Position numbers and translations under genes: made by a program. The notes under the pieces were generated by a model. The model was not told where the DNA came from, searched no databases, and saw nothing but the letters and a program-made list of their open reading frames with translations. A stretch of 64,000 nucleotides of DNA from Lama guanicoe (Eukaryota): assembly GCA_013239625.1 (NCBI GenBank), contig MU053881.1, positions 1,550,001 to 1,614,000 of the forward strand. Reading direction: 5' to 3'. Below are positions 11,191 to 22,291 of this stretch, piece after piece (the first letter of the stretch is position 1; each line of letters starts with the position of its first letter).

Positions 11191-14039
11191 AAACTGTGGT
11201 TCGAAGATAGTCATTGTCCTGCCCAGGGTTCATGTTCTATAAATGGCCAGGCAGGTCTTCAGTGGTCCTGCCAGCCTGGCCGCGGCCCCAGAAGCTCAGC
11301 ACACCCCTCCCTGGAGCCCGTGGGCCCAGCTGGCACAGGGCAGGGCGGGCTGGTCCCAGACAGCCTCCACCCGAGCGACAGGTGACCCCGCAGTCTGCAT
11401 CTTTGGCATTAGCTCAGTGGACACCAGGGAAGCCCCAGATGCTCAGCTGCCCTGCTCCTTTGAAGTCCACGGCAAACTGCGCTGGGCAGGAGCCCGGAGT
11501 GCCTGCGGCGAAGTGGGGAGAGTCTGGGCGGGTGGAGCTGAAAGGCCCACACAGCCGAGCTGGGGCTTCAGCCCCGTCGACTCCCTCAGCCCTTGCCCAA
11601 CACCCAGGGGCTTGGATGTCCAGCCCTGCTACTGTAGCCTTGGGACTCGCTTCATCTCTCATCATCCTGTTGCCTGAGAGGGTGAGGCTGCCGACACCAC
11701 CACCACCACCACCCCCCCGTCAAGATGGGCGCAGGAACCAGGAGCTGACCCATGAGCAAGAAACGCTGGTTCTGGCTCCTTTCCTGTTTCTCCAAAGATG
11801 TGAACCTTGGGGCCACATGGTCCTTGGAACAAACCTGGACACCACATTTTGGCCAGAACACCGAGGATTTGGAAATGAATTAATTCTTTGGAGCAGAATA
11901 ATAACCAGTCCTATAAATACAGCTTGATTAGTTAGAGATCTTTGGGAAGTGAGCTGGGAGACGGGTGGAGGCCTGCCTCGGCCTTCCCCGGGGGAACAGC
12001 AGGCAGCAGCGGCTGTCTCAACAGCAAGTGCCAGGTGCCTGTTGTGTGCCAGCCCTGGGCTAAGCACGGGACGCGGGTGAACCCTGCGTGGGGCCTGCCC
12101 TCAGGAAGCTCCAGGCCTCGCAGGACAGACAGACATGAGTGGGTAATGGTTACGGGCTCCGGGGGTGTCAGAGCCTTGGGCCACCCCCTGCCTGTCCCAG
12201 CCCTCGGGACACCCTTGTCTTTCATGCAAGTTCCCTCCCCTCTCTGTTCCTCACCTGCAGCCCCGCTTCTGCCCTCCCGGGTCTTTCTCTCCAAGTGTTG
12301 ATGATCTGTGGCCACACTGCGCACCTGCTGTCTTGGAACAAAGTGACCATGGTGGGCAGGGTGGTGGTGGGCCCTCCCCACTCCTCAGCGCCCTGGGAAC
12401 ACTAGTCGAAAGGAGAGTCTTGATTGATGGCTGCTATCAGTTCACCTCCCACCCACCGCCCTCACCCCACAGCATCTGATTGGTACCAAGGCTTCTTTTG
12501 AGCCAAATGTTTTATGCATATTCAGCAAATCACTGAACAATACACAGAAGGCCAGGATTTGAGTCGTTTTCCATCGCATGCCCACTGTGGACCCTCAGGC
12601 TCCTGTCCTCTCTGAGTCTGTTTCCTCTCTGCAAAACACAGACGCCTCAGCGCAGGATTCCGAGCATCCCATCCCGCCAGGTGGTAGAGGCGAAGCGCTG
12701 GAGAGCCGTCTGCGTGGCCCGGGGGCTGTCACACTTGCAGGATTGCGGTCAGACTCCCTGGAAGTGTTTCTCTTGTGCCCAGACACGGCCGAACTCACTT
12801 AATCTGCCCCTGCGTTTCCTCTCTTGCGTGGACACACGGTTGGGTCTTGCTCTCCTGGGGCCTCCTCTCCTGAGGTGGCGTCTTCTACCGAACCGTCCGT
12901 GCAGCTGTGTGTGTGGTGGGGGTGCTCGCTGACACACGTGCAGGCGTGAAAAGCCCCGGGTGAGTGGCCCTTCCTGGGAGCTGCTGTTGGGCTGATGCGG
13001 CAGCAGGTGGGAGGGCCGAGGTGCCGTCCTGGGCATCGCATTTGCCCCCCGTGGTCCCGTTCCATTTGTGCCACGTCACCCTGGGCGGCCACGCTCACTG
13101 ACAGCTCCTCCAGGCGGCTGCTGGTCAGCCTTGCTTATTCCTTGTTTGGCACTGTCTCCACTTCCGATGTGGACCCCAGATCTGGAGCCCACCAGGGCCA
13201 CACTGCCTCAGGCCGGGCCTGGCTTCCGTTTGCCAAATCACTATTAACTTTGGTTTTTTGAGACTGAAGCTCTCCTCATACAACTCTTTTTTTCCAAACC
13301 TTGCTCATTTGCAGCAGGAAATAGTCCAAAAAGTTATTTAGGTCCAGGATAGCCTTCCTGAGATAAATGAGAAGCCAGATGACCAAGCTCAGGACCTCTG
13401 TCCCCGATCCCCATGCAGACAGGCAGATCCCCACGGGTCACCCATCTCTCGTGGGGACAGTGGTTCCTCAGTCCTGCCCAGGGCCACATCTTGGCAGTCG
13501 TCCTCTCGTGGGCTGAATGAACTGGTTCCAGACACAGGTGGGAGAGGCAGGTGATCTGCCGGTCAGCCGCATGGGGATCGGGGACTGAAGTCCTGAGCAC
13601 GGAGATCTGGCTCCTCCGCACTTACTTCAGGAGGGCCAGTGGGGGCTGCTGTGTGTCTACGGAGCGTCAGCTATGCTGTCTGACCCGTGCTCCGCCATCC
13701 TGTGCCCTCGAATGGCTGCAAGAAGGCAGAGAACTTAGAGTTTCCGTTCAAGCTTGTGTTCCTGCCTGTGTTACGTTCTGACAGCTCCTCATTGCTGGCC
13801 TGTGCCCATGAGCAGTCCTGTTTGGGGCTGGTTGGTTTGTCGGCTGTAAGATGGGTTCCACAGATGCAGTTTCCTTAATGTTTTAGAAGAAGGAGGGATG
13901 GAAATGCAGTGGACGCGCGGTTGGGAAGATGGGAGAATGTGCTCTGAGACTCCCGATGGGCAGAACGGGGTTCCACGCCCATGCTCACCCAGCCTTTCGG
14001 CGGGTTCTGCTGTGAGTTACAGAGATGCAATCCACTCAC

Positions 14040-14580
14040 TATACAGTTCACCCACTGCAGTGGGGTTTTAAAAGTGTTGTTTAATTATTTTATTTTGGGG
14101 AAGGTGGGGGAAGTAGTTAGGTTTGTTTCTTTTTAGAGGAGGTACCGGGGATTGAACCCAGGACCTCGTGCACGCTGAGCACACATTCTAGCTCTCGTGC
14201 TATACCCTCCCCTCACACTGCAGTGGCTTTTAGGACATTCACAGAGCTGTGCACCCACCACCACAGTAAACTTCAGAACACCTTATTCACCTGGAACAGA
14301 AGCCCCCGCCCATTAGTCATCACCCACCGTGTCCCGGAAGCCCCCCCGCCCCGGCACCGGGCAACCGCTAACCTGCTTTTTGTCTGTAGCTCTCCCTGCT
14401 CTGGGCTTCCCTGTGAGTGAACTTGTGTTGCGGGTTCTTTGTGACTGGCTTCTTTTACTTCGCGTATTTTCAAGTTTCATCCATGCTGTAGCGTGTATCT
14501 GTACGTCATTCCTTTTTTATTTCCAAATGATATTCCATTGTATGGAAATAGAGCACAGTTTATGTATCCATGTGCACAAG
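14040..14580 (-). mobile_element. L1MB-type 3' end with inserted Vic-1-like SINE (~14085-14212)
   Basis: gactggcttcttttacttcgcgtattttcaagtttcatccatgctgtagcgtgtatc L1 3'UTR antisense; SINE core ggggattgaacccaggacctcgtgcacgctgagc. Confidence 0.85.
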
Positions 14581-15289
14581 CAGGTGTCTCAGTCCCCCCT
14601 GCTCCTCGCCGCCTTCCTCAAGCTGGTCGTAGCTGAAGTGACCACCATACTGCGATGGTCCCAATTTATGCCTCTCCTTCCCAAATAATTCTTCATGGGC
14701 CTCTTTCTTAAAGTACCTTGGTTTGGATGATGAGCTGTACAGTCACCCTCGGTCCTAGAGCAAGGCCAGCCTTCCTGCCCTCCAGCAGCACCGACGGGGA
14801 GAACCGAGCTTGCACCTCAAAGGTCGCAAAGCCTCGGGAAGTGTGGTCCGGATCCCACAAACCCCCCACGAGCAGAGGCTGGTAGGACTCACGGCTTCCT
14901 CGGGCTCCCGAGGCTGAGACGCCTTCTCTGGGGGCCTTTGAGATCAGCCCGGATGGAGAGCTTCCCAGTGTCCTGGCCCCGGATCACCGGCTCCACTGCA
15001 GGAAGGGTCAAGAGGGCTGGATGGGGCCGTCCCTGCCCCCGCCACCTGTGTGTGCCCGTCCCCACACTCCAGGGTGCTGTCCGCCTTGTTTATTCACCAC
15101 CCTTGTCTCCCCGCGGCCTCAAGGAGAAGCCACGTGGTGCGCAGCTCCGTGCCACTCACCTGTCACTAAATGATGAGTAAGACACCTGGGGGGACCCGCA
15201 GACAGGAGGGCAGAGGCATTTCCACTTAGAGGGGAATACAGTTTTTGTTTGTTCGCTTTTTCACTAGGCCAACTCTTTTATTTTATTTA

Positions 15290-15625
15290 GTTTTCTTAAC
15301 GTATTTCAAATTGAGATATAATTAACATTTAATATGGTGTCAGTTTTAGGCGTATAAGATAATGATTGATATATGTATAAGTTGTGAAATGATCACTGTA
15401 ACCAGTTTAGTTAAGATCCATCACCAGACATAGTTACAAAAATTTTTTTTCTGGTGATGAGGACTTTTAAGAGCTACTCTCTCAGCAACTTTCAAATAGC
15501 CAATACAGTGCTGTTAAAGGTGGTCCCCAAGCACAGTAAATGTGCATTTCCTCCCTAAGATTTATTTATCTTGTAACTGGTAGTTTGTACCTTTTGACCC
15601 CCTTCACTCATTTTGCACCCCCCCC
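15290..15625 (-). mobile_element. L1 3'UTR fragment
   Basis: ttgagatataattaaca...aagagctactctctcagcaactttcaaata...gtttgtaccttttgacccccttcactc. Confidence 0.8.
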
Positions 15626-16179
15626 AGAATATTGTTATACGCACACTTACCTGATGCAAATCCAGCTGTAACTAGACAAAAAAAAAGTCCGAGGGGAATA
15701 GCAGGAAAGAGAGACAAATGACTTAAGCAGTGCCAGCAGGTCCCCTCTGTGGGGAGGGAGGAGAATCTCCAGCCCCCTCTGCGGTGTTAACTTCTGGGAG
15801 CCCTTGTGAATGTCAGACCATCGAAGTGAGGGCTGAAGTTTTCCTACAGCTTTATCCTTTAAATGCAAACTAAAGAATCACTGTGATGAAGTGCAGATGT
15901 CGCTGCATGCCTTGACTCTGTGTAACTGTCACGTTGGGAGAGAGTGCGGCAAAATCCCCATGCAGAAGGGGAGTGGGAGAGGGCTTCCTGGAGGCGGTGA
16001 CCTGGGAGCTATGTTGGGAGGAGGAGTGGGACTTTGCCGAATGGAGGAAAAGGAAGGAGGCTTCCAGGCAGCATAAATTTTGTCAAGCAAGTTCTGAGGC
16101 AGTGGGAGTGTGGAGGAAATAAGGTGAGGCCAGGTTATGCAGGCTCCGATTGTCTTGGTAAAGAATGTGAATTTTAGCC

Positions 16180-16375
16180 TTTAGTGATTCCCAAATCAGT
16201 GTCCCTGAACGCCAAACTCATGAGAGTCTTCTGGGACAAAGGGTTCCACTGTCACACAACTTTGGGAAATCTCACATTTAATACCCCCAAAACCCCTGTC
16301 CACCGCAAGTCCCCACCTTGGAGAGCTGCAAGGGATGTTAGCATACTGAAGGCCCTGAGAAGTCCTGCAGTAAAC
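16180..16375. mobile_element. Old hAT-Charlie-type MER fragment
   Basis: agtgattcccaaa...ctttgggaaa...ggccctgagaagtcctgcagtaa wording. Confidence 0.45.
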
Positions 16376-18181
16376 GCCCATTTTGGCTGATTACAAACGG
16401 CTTCCCTTAAACCATCCTTAGCCTTTGTTCTCCAAAGGAAGTATGGCACAGGCAGTAGGGAGCCACTGCAGGTTTCAGTGCAAGGGAGTGACGGGATCAG
16501 ATGCCAGTGACGGGGGATGGCTGGCTGGGCCATGCTGGGTGCAGGGAGACCCCTGGGTGCTGGTCACTGGCTAAGTCAGAGGCCCCATCTCAGTAGCTAC
16601 CTCGATGTCAGGAAAGGACCCAGAAAGAGAGGGGGTGGGAGGGACAAGCAAGAAGGCAGCAGCCACCTCCGGGCTCTGCTGGTGCTGCTTCCCAGAGCCT
16701 CCCTCCTCGAGCAGCTGTCAGCGGCCCCAGGCCCCAGGGATCTTCTGAGGACTTAGAAAGAGCAGTTGAAGGCTCCTCACTGCCAGCATGTGTTTACATT
16801 CTATTAAGTGCAGGTCATGTGCCCTGAGCTGTGCCCCTGAAGGCTCCAGGGGACACCTGCCTCCAACAGGGCACATCTTGCCTTTCCTCAACTTTCAAGA
16901 AGAGGGGAAAACATAAGCTTAAATGCAATACGTCCCTGTGCCACCCCAGCCCCTAAATTCTTAAGCGGAGCGGATAACTGAACCTCCCGTGAGATTATCA
17001 GAATACCACTAAAACTCACTTCTTGTATTTTAACCGGACCTGTTGATGGCCGGAGGCTCGCATTTCGGAAGTCTGAGTTACAACCTGTAAGCTCTGTTTC
17101 AAGCCAGGGAGCACGTGAGACTCTGAGACGGGGGAACTGAATATCCAGCTGAAACCGACAGGCCCCCGCGGGCAGCCCCTCGGAACAGCTGCATCACGCA
17201 GAGGGGGTCTGGCGGGCGTGGGCCGGGAAAGGTGGGAGTGGGGTGGCTCGCTGTTTTCTACCCTTCTGTTTCTACAACACCTCCAAGGGCCTCCACAGAC
17301 CTGCCTTCCCTGAGTGGGAAAGCCGGGAGAGAGTAAGGGGGGCACTCAGCTGGGATACCCTGGAGCTGAGATGGTCCCATGGTCCCGCACAGTCGGTGGG
17401 GAGAACTCAGACTCACTCCCATTAAGTCATTCACTGTGTGCTTACTGGGTGATACTTGGTTTGATCTTTGTATTTGTGTTGAGGTTAAGAGAACGGTGGT
17501 GCGCATCCAGGTCTTGGTCCAGGAGGGGCGGCTGCTAAGTACACCCCAAAATACAGTCCACGTGGAAAGCCGCATGACGGGACTGTGTGCACAGGGCGCC
17601 CAGATGCGGGGGGGGGGGCGGTTCCTATCCTGCCTGGAGAGGTTGGGGGCAGGAGACAGAGCAGAGGCGATGCTGGAGCAGAGGTCTGAGGAGAGCAGCG
17701 GGAACGTGGGTGGGCAGGCCCTGGCGGGGAGGCTTGGTGATGGAATCTGCGTGTGCACATACGCAGAGTCTTGGACAAGCAATGTCTAGGGAGCTGGGAG
17801 CGGTTTGGTTTTGACCAGAGCTTGAAATCAGAAGGGTGTGTGGAAGGAGATGAGAGCTGGGGTGTCTGGGCCCCAGAGATGGGGGCTTGATCTCCAGGCT
17901 GTGGAGTGTGGTTTCTGTCCAGGAGGCTGTCTGCGGGGAGCCACTGAAGGTTCTTGGACAGAGTGGTTGTGACTGTCAACGCCGAGCTAGATAAAATGAA
18001 AGAGAGAAGAGGGACTGGGGTGATGTCAGCTCCAGAGGGAGGGGCGGGGGAACGCCTGCCCGGTGAGAGGAGGCGTCCGGATGTGGAGGGTGAGGCAGCA
18101 GGAGGGCCTGAGCAGAGATGGGCACCAGGGCTGAAATCTAAGGACAAAACTGAGGTCTGCATGTGGACATTTATTGAGCCT

Positions 18182-18302
18182 TTTGGGGGGGTGGAGGGAG
18201 GCAATTATGTTTGTTTATTTATCTAAATGGAGGTGCTGGGGATTGAACCCAGGACCTCATGCGTGCTAAGCATGCTCTCTACCACTGAGCTACACCCTCC
18301 CC
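18182..18302 (-). mobile_element. Vic-1-like SINE
   Basis: ggaggtgctggggattgaacccaggacctcatgcgtgctaagcatgctctctaccactgagctacaccctcccc. Confidence 0.9.
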
Positions 18303-18557
18303 ACTGTTGCACCCATTTTAATAGTAAAATAATGGAAACACTCAAATGTCTCATAAGGGGGACTGGCCAAGTAAATTACAGGGTGGAGGGTGGAGCCATT
18401 CAATGTTACGGCAAAAGAAGGGTGTCTCAAAATAAATATACAAATAAACTAAATTTCTCATGGTGAGCGCATGGTAGTGCATACAGAAGTAGAAATTAAA
18501 AGAGAAAAAAGAAAAAAAGAACAAGACCATCTCACCCACAGCCACACAGAGCGTGAA

Positions 18558-19760
18558 TCTCAGCATTTCCTGAGCTCTCCCTGCCCAGGAACTGAGCCAC
18601 CGCCCGCCCTCTCGGGGCCTAAGGTTCCTCTCAGTCCTCTGACGGCACAGGGGTGAGAGGTACAGGGACCCCCCTGCGCTGCTGGCGCTTCCCTTCCCTG
18701 GGGACTGGGCACCTCAGTGACCTGTGGGGGCAGGAATTTCAGGGTGGGAAGCAGACCCCCGCTGTATCCAACATCATCCCCCACCCACACCCACACGTCT
18801 TCATGTCAACAGGCTGGAAACAAATGTCCAAAAATGGAAATATTTATGCTAGGTTGGTGGGACTGTGGGCAGGCCTTATTCCTAAAATTTCCTGGAATTG
18901 TATGTTGCCTTTTTAATAATAATATTTTAAAAAAAACCCACAAAGACACACACAAAAAAAACCCTGGTTGGATATGTAGCCAGTCACACGGGCTTTCCTT
19001 TTTCCAGCTGCCATTAACGTCACCATCAACTTGTGAATTCTGCATGCCTCGCTTTGACACTGGATGGTCAGGACACACAGATGTTCATTTCCCAAGCAAT
19101 GTCAGGTTTATTATGAATGTGGGGAAAATGGGTAAAATATTATAGGCAATTCAGGCTGAAATGGATTGAGTACGTCTCAAAAATCCTGGCAGCTGGTGTG
19201 GGTGTTCTGATCCCGCATTCCTGGTTTTATCGTCCATCCCTTTGAAGGTGGGCATGGCTGAGCCTGGCTCTGGCCTCTGGGCAGCGGCCCCGTTGGGTTC
19301 ACTGTGCCCTGCATCGTTCTCTGTGAACACAGGTGTGAACCTGGAAGTTGTGGCTGATTATTTGAGTCGAGTCCACAGATCACAAACTGCCCATCTGTGG
19401 AAAGTGTCAGAGAAAGGGTTCAAGAGTCACTCCCAACGGTGAACACTGCGGGCTGGACCCGCGCTGCTCTCAGAAGGGCAAGAAGGCAGTGGCTTCTTGG
19501 GGCGCAGGCCGGCGAGGCTCCTGGTGCCCCGAGAGTCTGGGGCAGGCTGGGCTCGCGCCTCTGGGAGGAGTCACCAAGGCCGGGTTAGCACAGATATTTC
19601 CATTTTTGGACATTTACTTCCAGTCTGCTGACTCAGAGACGTGTGGACACGCGTGGAGGGCTGATGTTTGATAACGTGGGGTCGGTTTCCCTCCCTAAAC
19701 TTCCTGCCCCCACGGCGGTGGCTCAGTTCCTGGGCAGGGAGAGCCCTGGAGATGGTGAGA
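18558..19760. repeat. Inverted duplication: arms 18558-18851 and 19586-19760
   Basis: 31-bp perfect match 18574-18604 vs reverse complement of 19714-19744, 22-bp perfect aaatgtccaaaaatggaaatat, collinear similarity between them; left arm has ~118 extra bp. Confidence 0.9.
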
Positions 19761-20849
19761 CCCACATCCATAAGGCTCTGTCAGCTGTTGCCAGGCTGTG
19801 GGCACAAGCCCAGCCACCAGCGGACTGTCACAGAGGTCTCAGCGCATGAGAACCTGCGGGGGTTGGGTGGACACCTCATTCAGCCTCCCTCCAGTTCGGA
19901 CTGGTGGGAAGTTTGGACACACTCAGGATGCACATCTCTGGAACCAGTCTCTTCCACCTAATAGATTTTACCAGGTCTTCTGTTAGAGGTTTTCTCCTGC
20001 TGTGGGACGAGGTACAGATAATTCTCTCCAAGGGGACTGCAAGCCCCAGGCTGTGCTGGGACATTCTGACTGTGGTGCGTGGGTCTGGGTTGCTGTCTCA
20101 TGGGCACAGGGTGGGCACCTACTCTGGGCCTTGGTTGTTCATGGTCCCAGGCAGCTCCCGGCTCTGAAATCTGCACACCTGAGACTGAATCCGGCTCCAC
20201 CTCCCGCCAGCTTGTTGGCACGTGCCCCCAGAGCCTTGGTTTCCCCTTCTGAAAACCGTGACCTCAGAGGGAGGGTGTGGAGTCAGCTCAGGAGGGAGGA
20301 GGCATGCCGGGCCCTGTGGGGTGCCCAGCGGAGGGTTCGTCGCTGTGGGTGACCTGTCCCCTCGGTCTGGTCTGGGGTCACTCGAGGCCCTGGGAGGCAC
20401 TTTTCTCAGAGCTGTCCACGTGGTCTCCATATGGCCCAAGGCTCAGGGGGCAAGGGAGGAGAAGTCAGCCTTTAAAAGGCTGTAGCCTTATTTACAACCC
20501 AGATGAACATCTCTGGGGTTTTCTGAGGCTTCCTCTCATGTCAAGACCAAGGAGCCAACACCTCGTGAAAATTATTTTATGAGAAAACAGCCAGTCCAGA
20601 TGGAGGCGGCGACAGGGGCTGGATTTGAAGCCACATGAACGGGTTAACACGGTAGGCGTGCAACCCTGAGCTCCGAGTTTGCCATGTCCAGGCCGACACC
20701 CCTCGCATCACTAGTAACACCTATGACGTCCACAAAATGCCTTCCCCGACCCTGCCCCTGGGTCGCCTTACCAGTCACGCCCCATTTTACAAATCACACC
20801 TCTTAGAAATAGCATGTGCAGAGAGGTAACCTCTGCACCTGGCACGTCT

Positions 20850-21280
20850 TGTAGTGTATAACTGAGTGGCATTTAGTACCTTCACGGGGTTGTACAACCA
20901 TCACCACTGTGGAGTTCCAGAACTTTCTCATCTTCCTGAAGGGAAATACAGCTCCCTTTAGCAGTCACTTCCAGTCCCCCCTCCCCCTACCCCGGCAGCC
21001 CCTGCTGTGCCTCAGTCCCTGTGGATTCACCCCTTCTGGACACTTACTCCAAGTGGATCCGTTTGATACGTTTGTGTCTGTCTTCTTTCACTTAGCATGT
21101 TTGGGGTTCATCCCCGGTGTGGCCTATATCAGCACCTCGTTCCTCTTCATGGCTGCATAATGTTCTCCTGGGTGGATGGACCACATTTTGTTTATCCGTT
21201 CATCGGCCGAGGGACATCTGAGTTATTTCTACCTCTTGGCTCTTGCAAATAAGGCCTCTGTGACCACTCATCTAGAAGTT
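20850..21280 (-). mobile_element. L1MB-type 3' end
   Basis: tgtacaaccatcaccact...ttccagaactttctcatc...ccacattttgtttatccgttcatc. Confidence 0.8.
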
Positions 21281-21384
21281 TTTAATTCTTGGTTTATTTC
21301 TTAAATAATGACATTTTATTAAGTAAATGGATTCACACAGGTGACCCCATTTTCTCCTCGGGGACCTCCATCAGGTAGGTCCTG

Positions 21385-21500
21385 TGTTGATCTCCCTTGA
21401 AAGATGAGAAAACTGAGGCAGGAAGAAATTAAATTAAGTTGTCCAAGGTCACGTGATTGATGGGTGGAGCATCGCTACTGAAATGGGGTTGGTCCTGACG
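21385..21500. mobile_element. MIR fragment
   Basis: agatgagaaaactgaggca...ttgtccaaggtcac core. Confidence 0.7.
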
Positions 21501-22082
21501 TCCTGTACCATTGAGGCCTCTTATTCGTGGCTCCAATATGCAGCCGGGTGGTGGGTTTGCCCCCAAATCACAGGTACAGCACCCTTGAGCCCGGAAGCGG
21601 TCCTGACCCGGAAGAGCAATCAGGGGGTGTGGAAGACCCTACTAGATCCTTTCTCAAGAAGTCAGGGGTGGATTCACGAGGCCCCCCTACCCTCACCCAG
21701 GCTTTTAGGAGAAAGCCATGTTCTGCCTCCAGGCTGAGGGCCCAGGTTTCCACAGAAAGTCCTGGGGCCCAAGGGACAGCCGAGCAGGGACTTCCGCAGT
21801 CCCCAGCCCACCTCCCAAGAAAGAATAGGACAGCCTTCTGGGGCTGACAGGCTTCCTGGAGGGCAGGGTAGCCACCAGCCCACGCGGAGTCCTGGGCCTG
21901 CAGAGCGGGGCAGGGGGAGCAAGCCAGCCTGGAGCCCTTGTCCTGGGTTTCCCAACACAGACACAGAGCGGGTTGGAGCTGAGCTCTTTTCTGGAGAATT
22001 CTGACCGGGTGGGAGAGGGGTGAGGAGGTCCAGTCCCTGCGGGAAGAGCTGGCTCCAGCTGGATTGGAGCATGAGGCCTAGA

Positions 22083-22291
22083 GCAGTGGTTCTCAAAGTG
22101 TGGTCCCCGGACCCACAGCCGTGGCAGCATCACCTGGGAAACTTCCACAAATCAGAAATGCAGATTATCAGGCTCCACCTAGACCTAACTGTGGGGGTAG
22201 GGGTGGGGGAATCGGGTTGAGGGGGCAGCAGTCTGAGTGTTAACAAGCCCACCAGGTGATTCTGCAGCACATCTCAAGTTTGAGAACCCTG
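22083..22291. mobile_element. MER5A-type hAT MITE
   Basis: cagtggttctcaaagtgtggtccc...agcatcacctgggaa...gtttgagaaccctg terminal inverted repeats. Confidence 0.85.

Noticed and set aside
11214..11927. 237-aa plus-strand ORF
   Set aside because: TTG start, low-complexity Pro/Ala/Gly composition, no recognisable domain; it is the antisense shadow of the candidate last exon of gene C
17485..18204. 239-aa minus-strand ORF and overlapping ORFs
   Set aside because: Pro/Ser-rich product of GC-skewed, L2-like DNA; no splice or domain support
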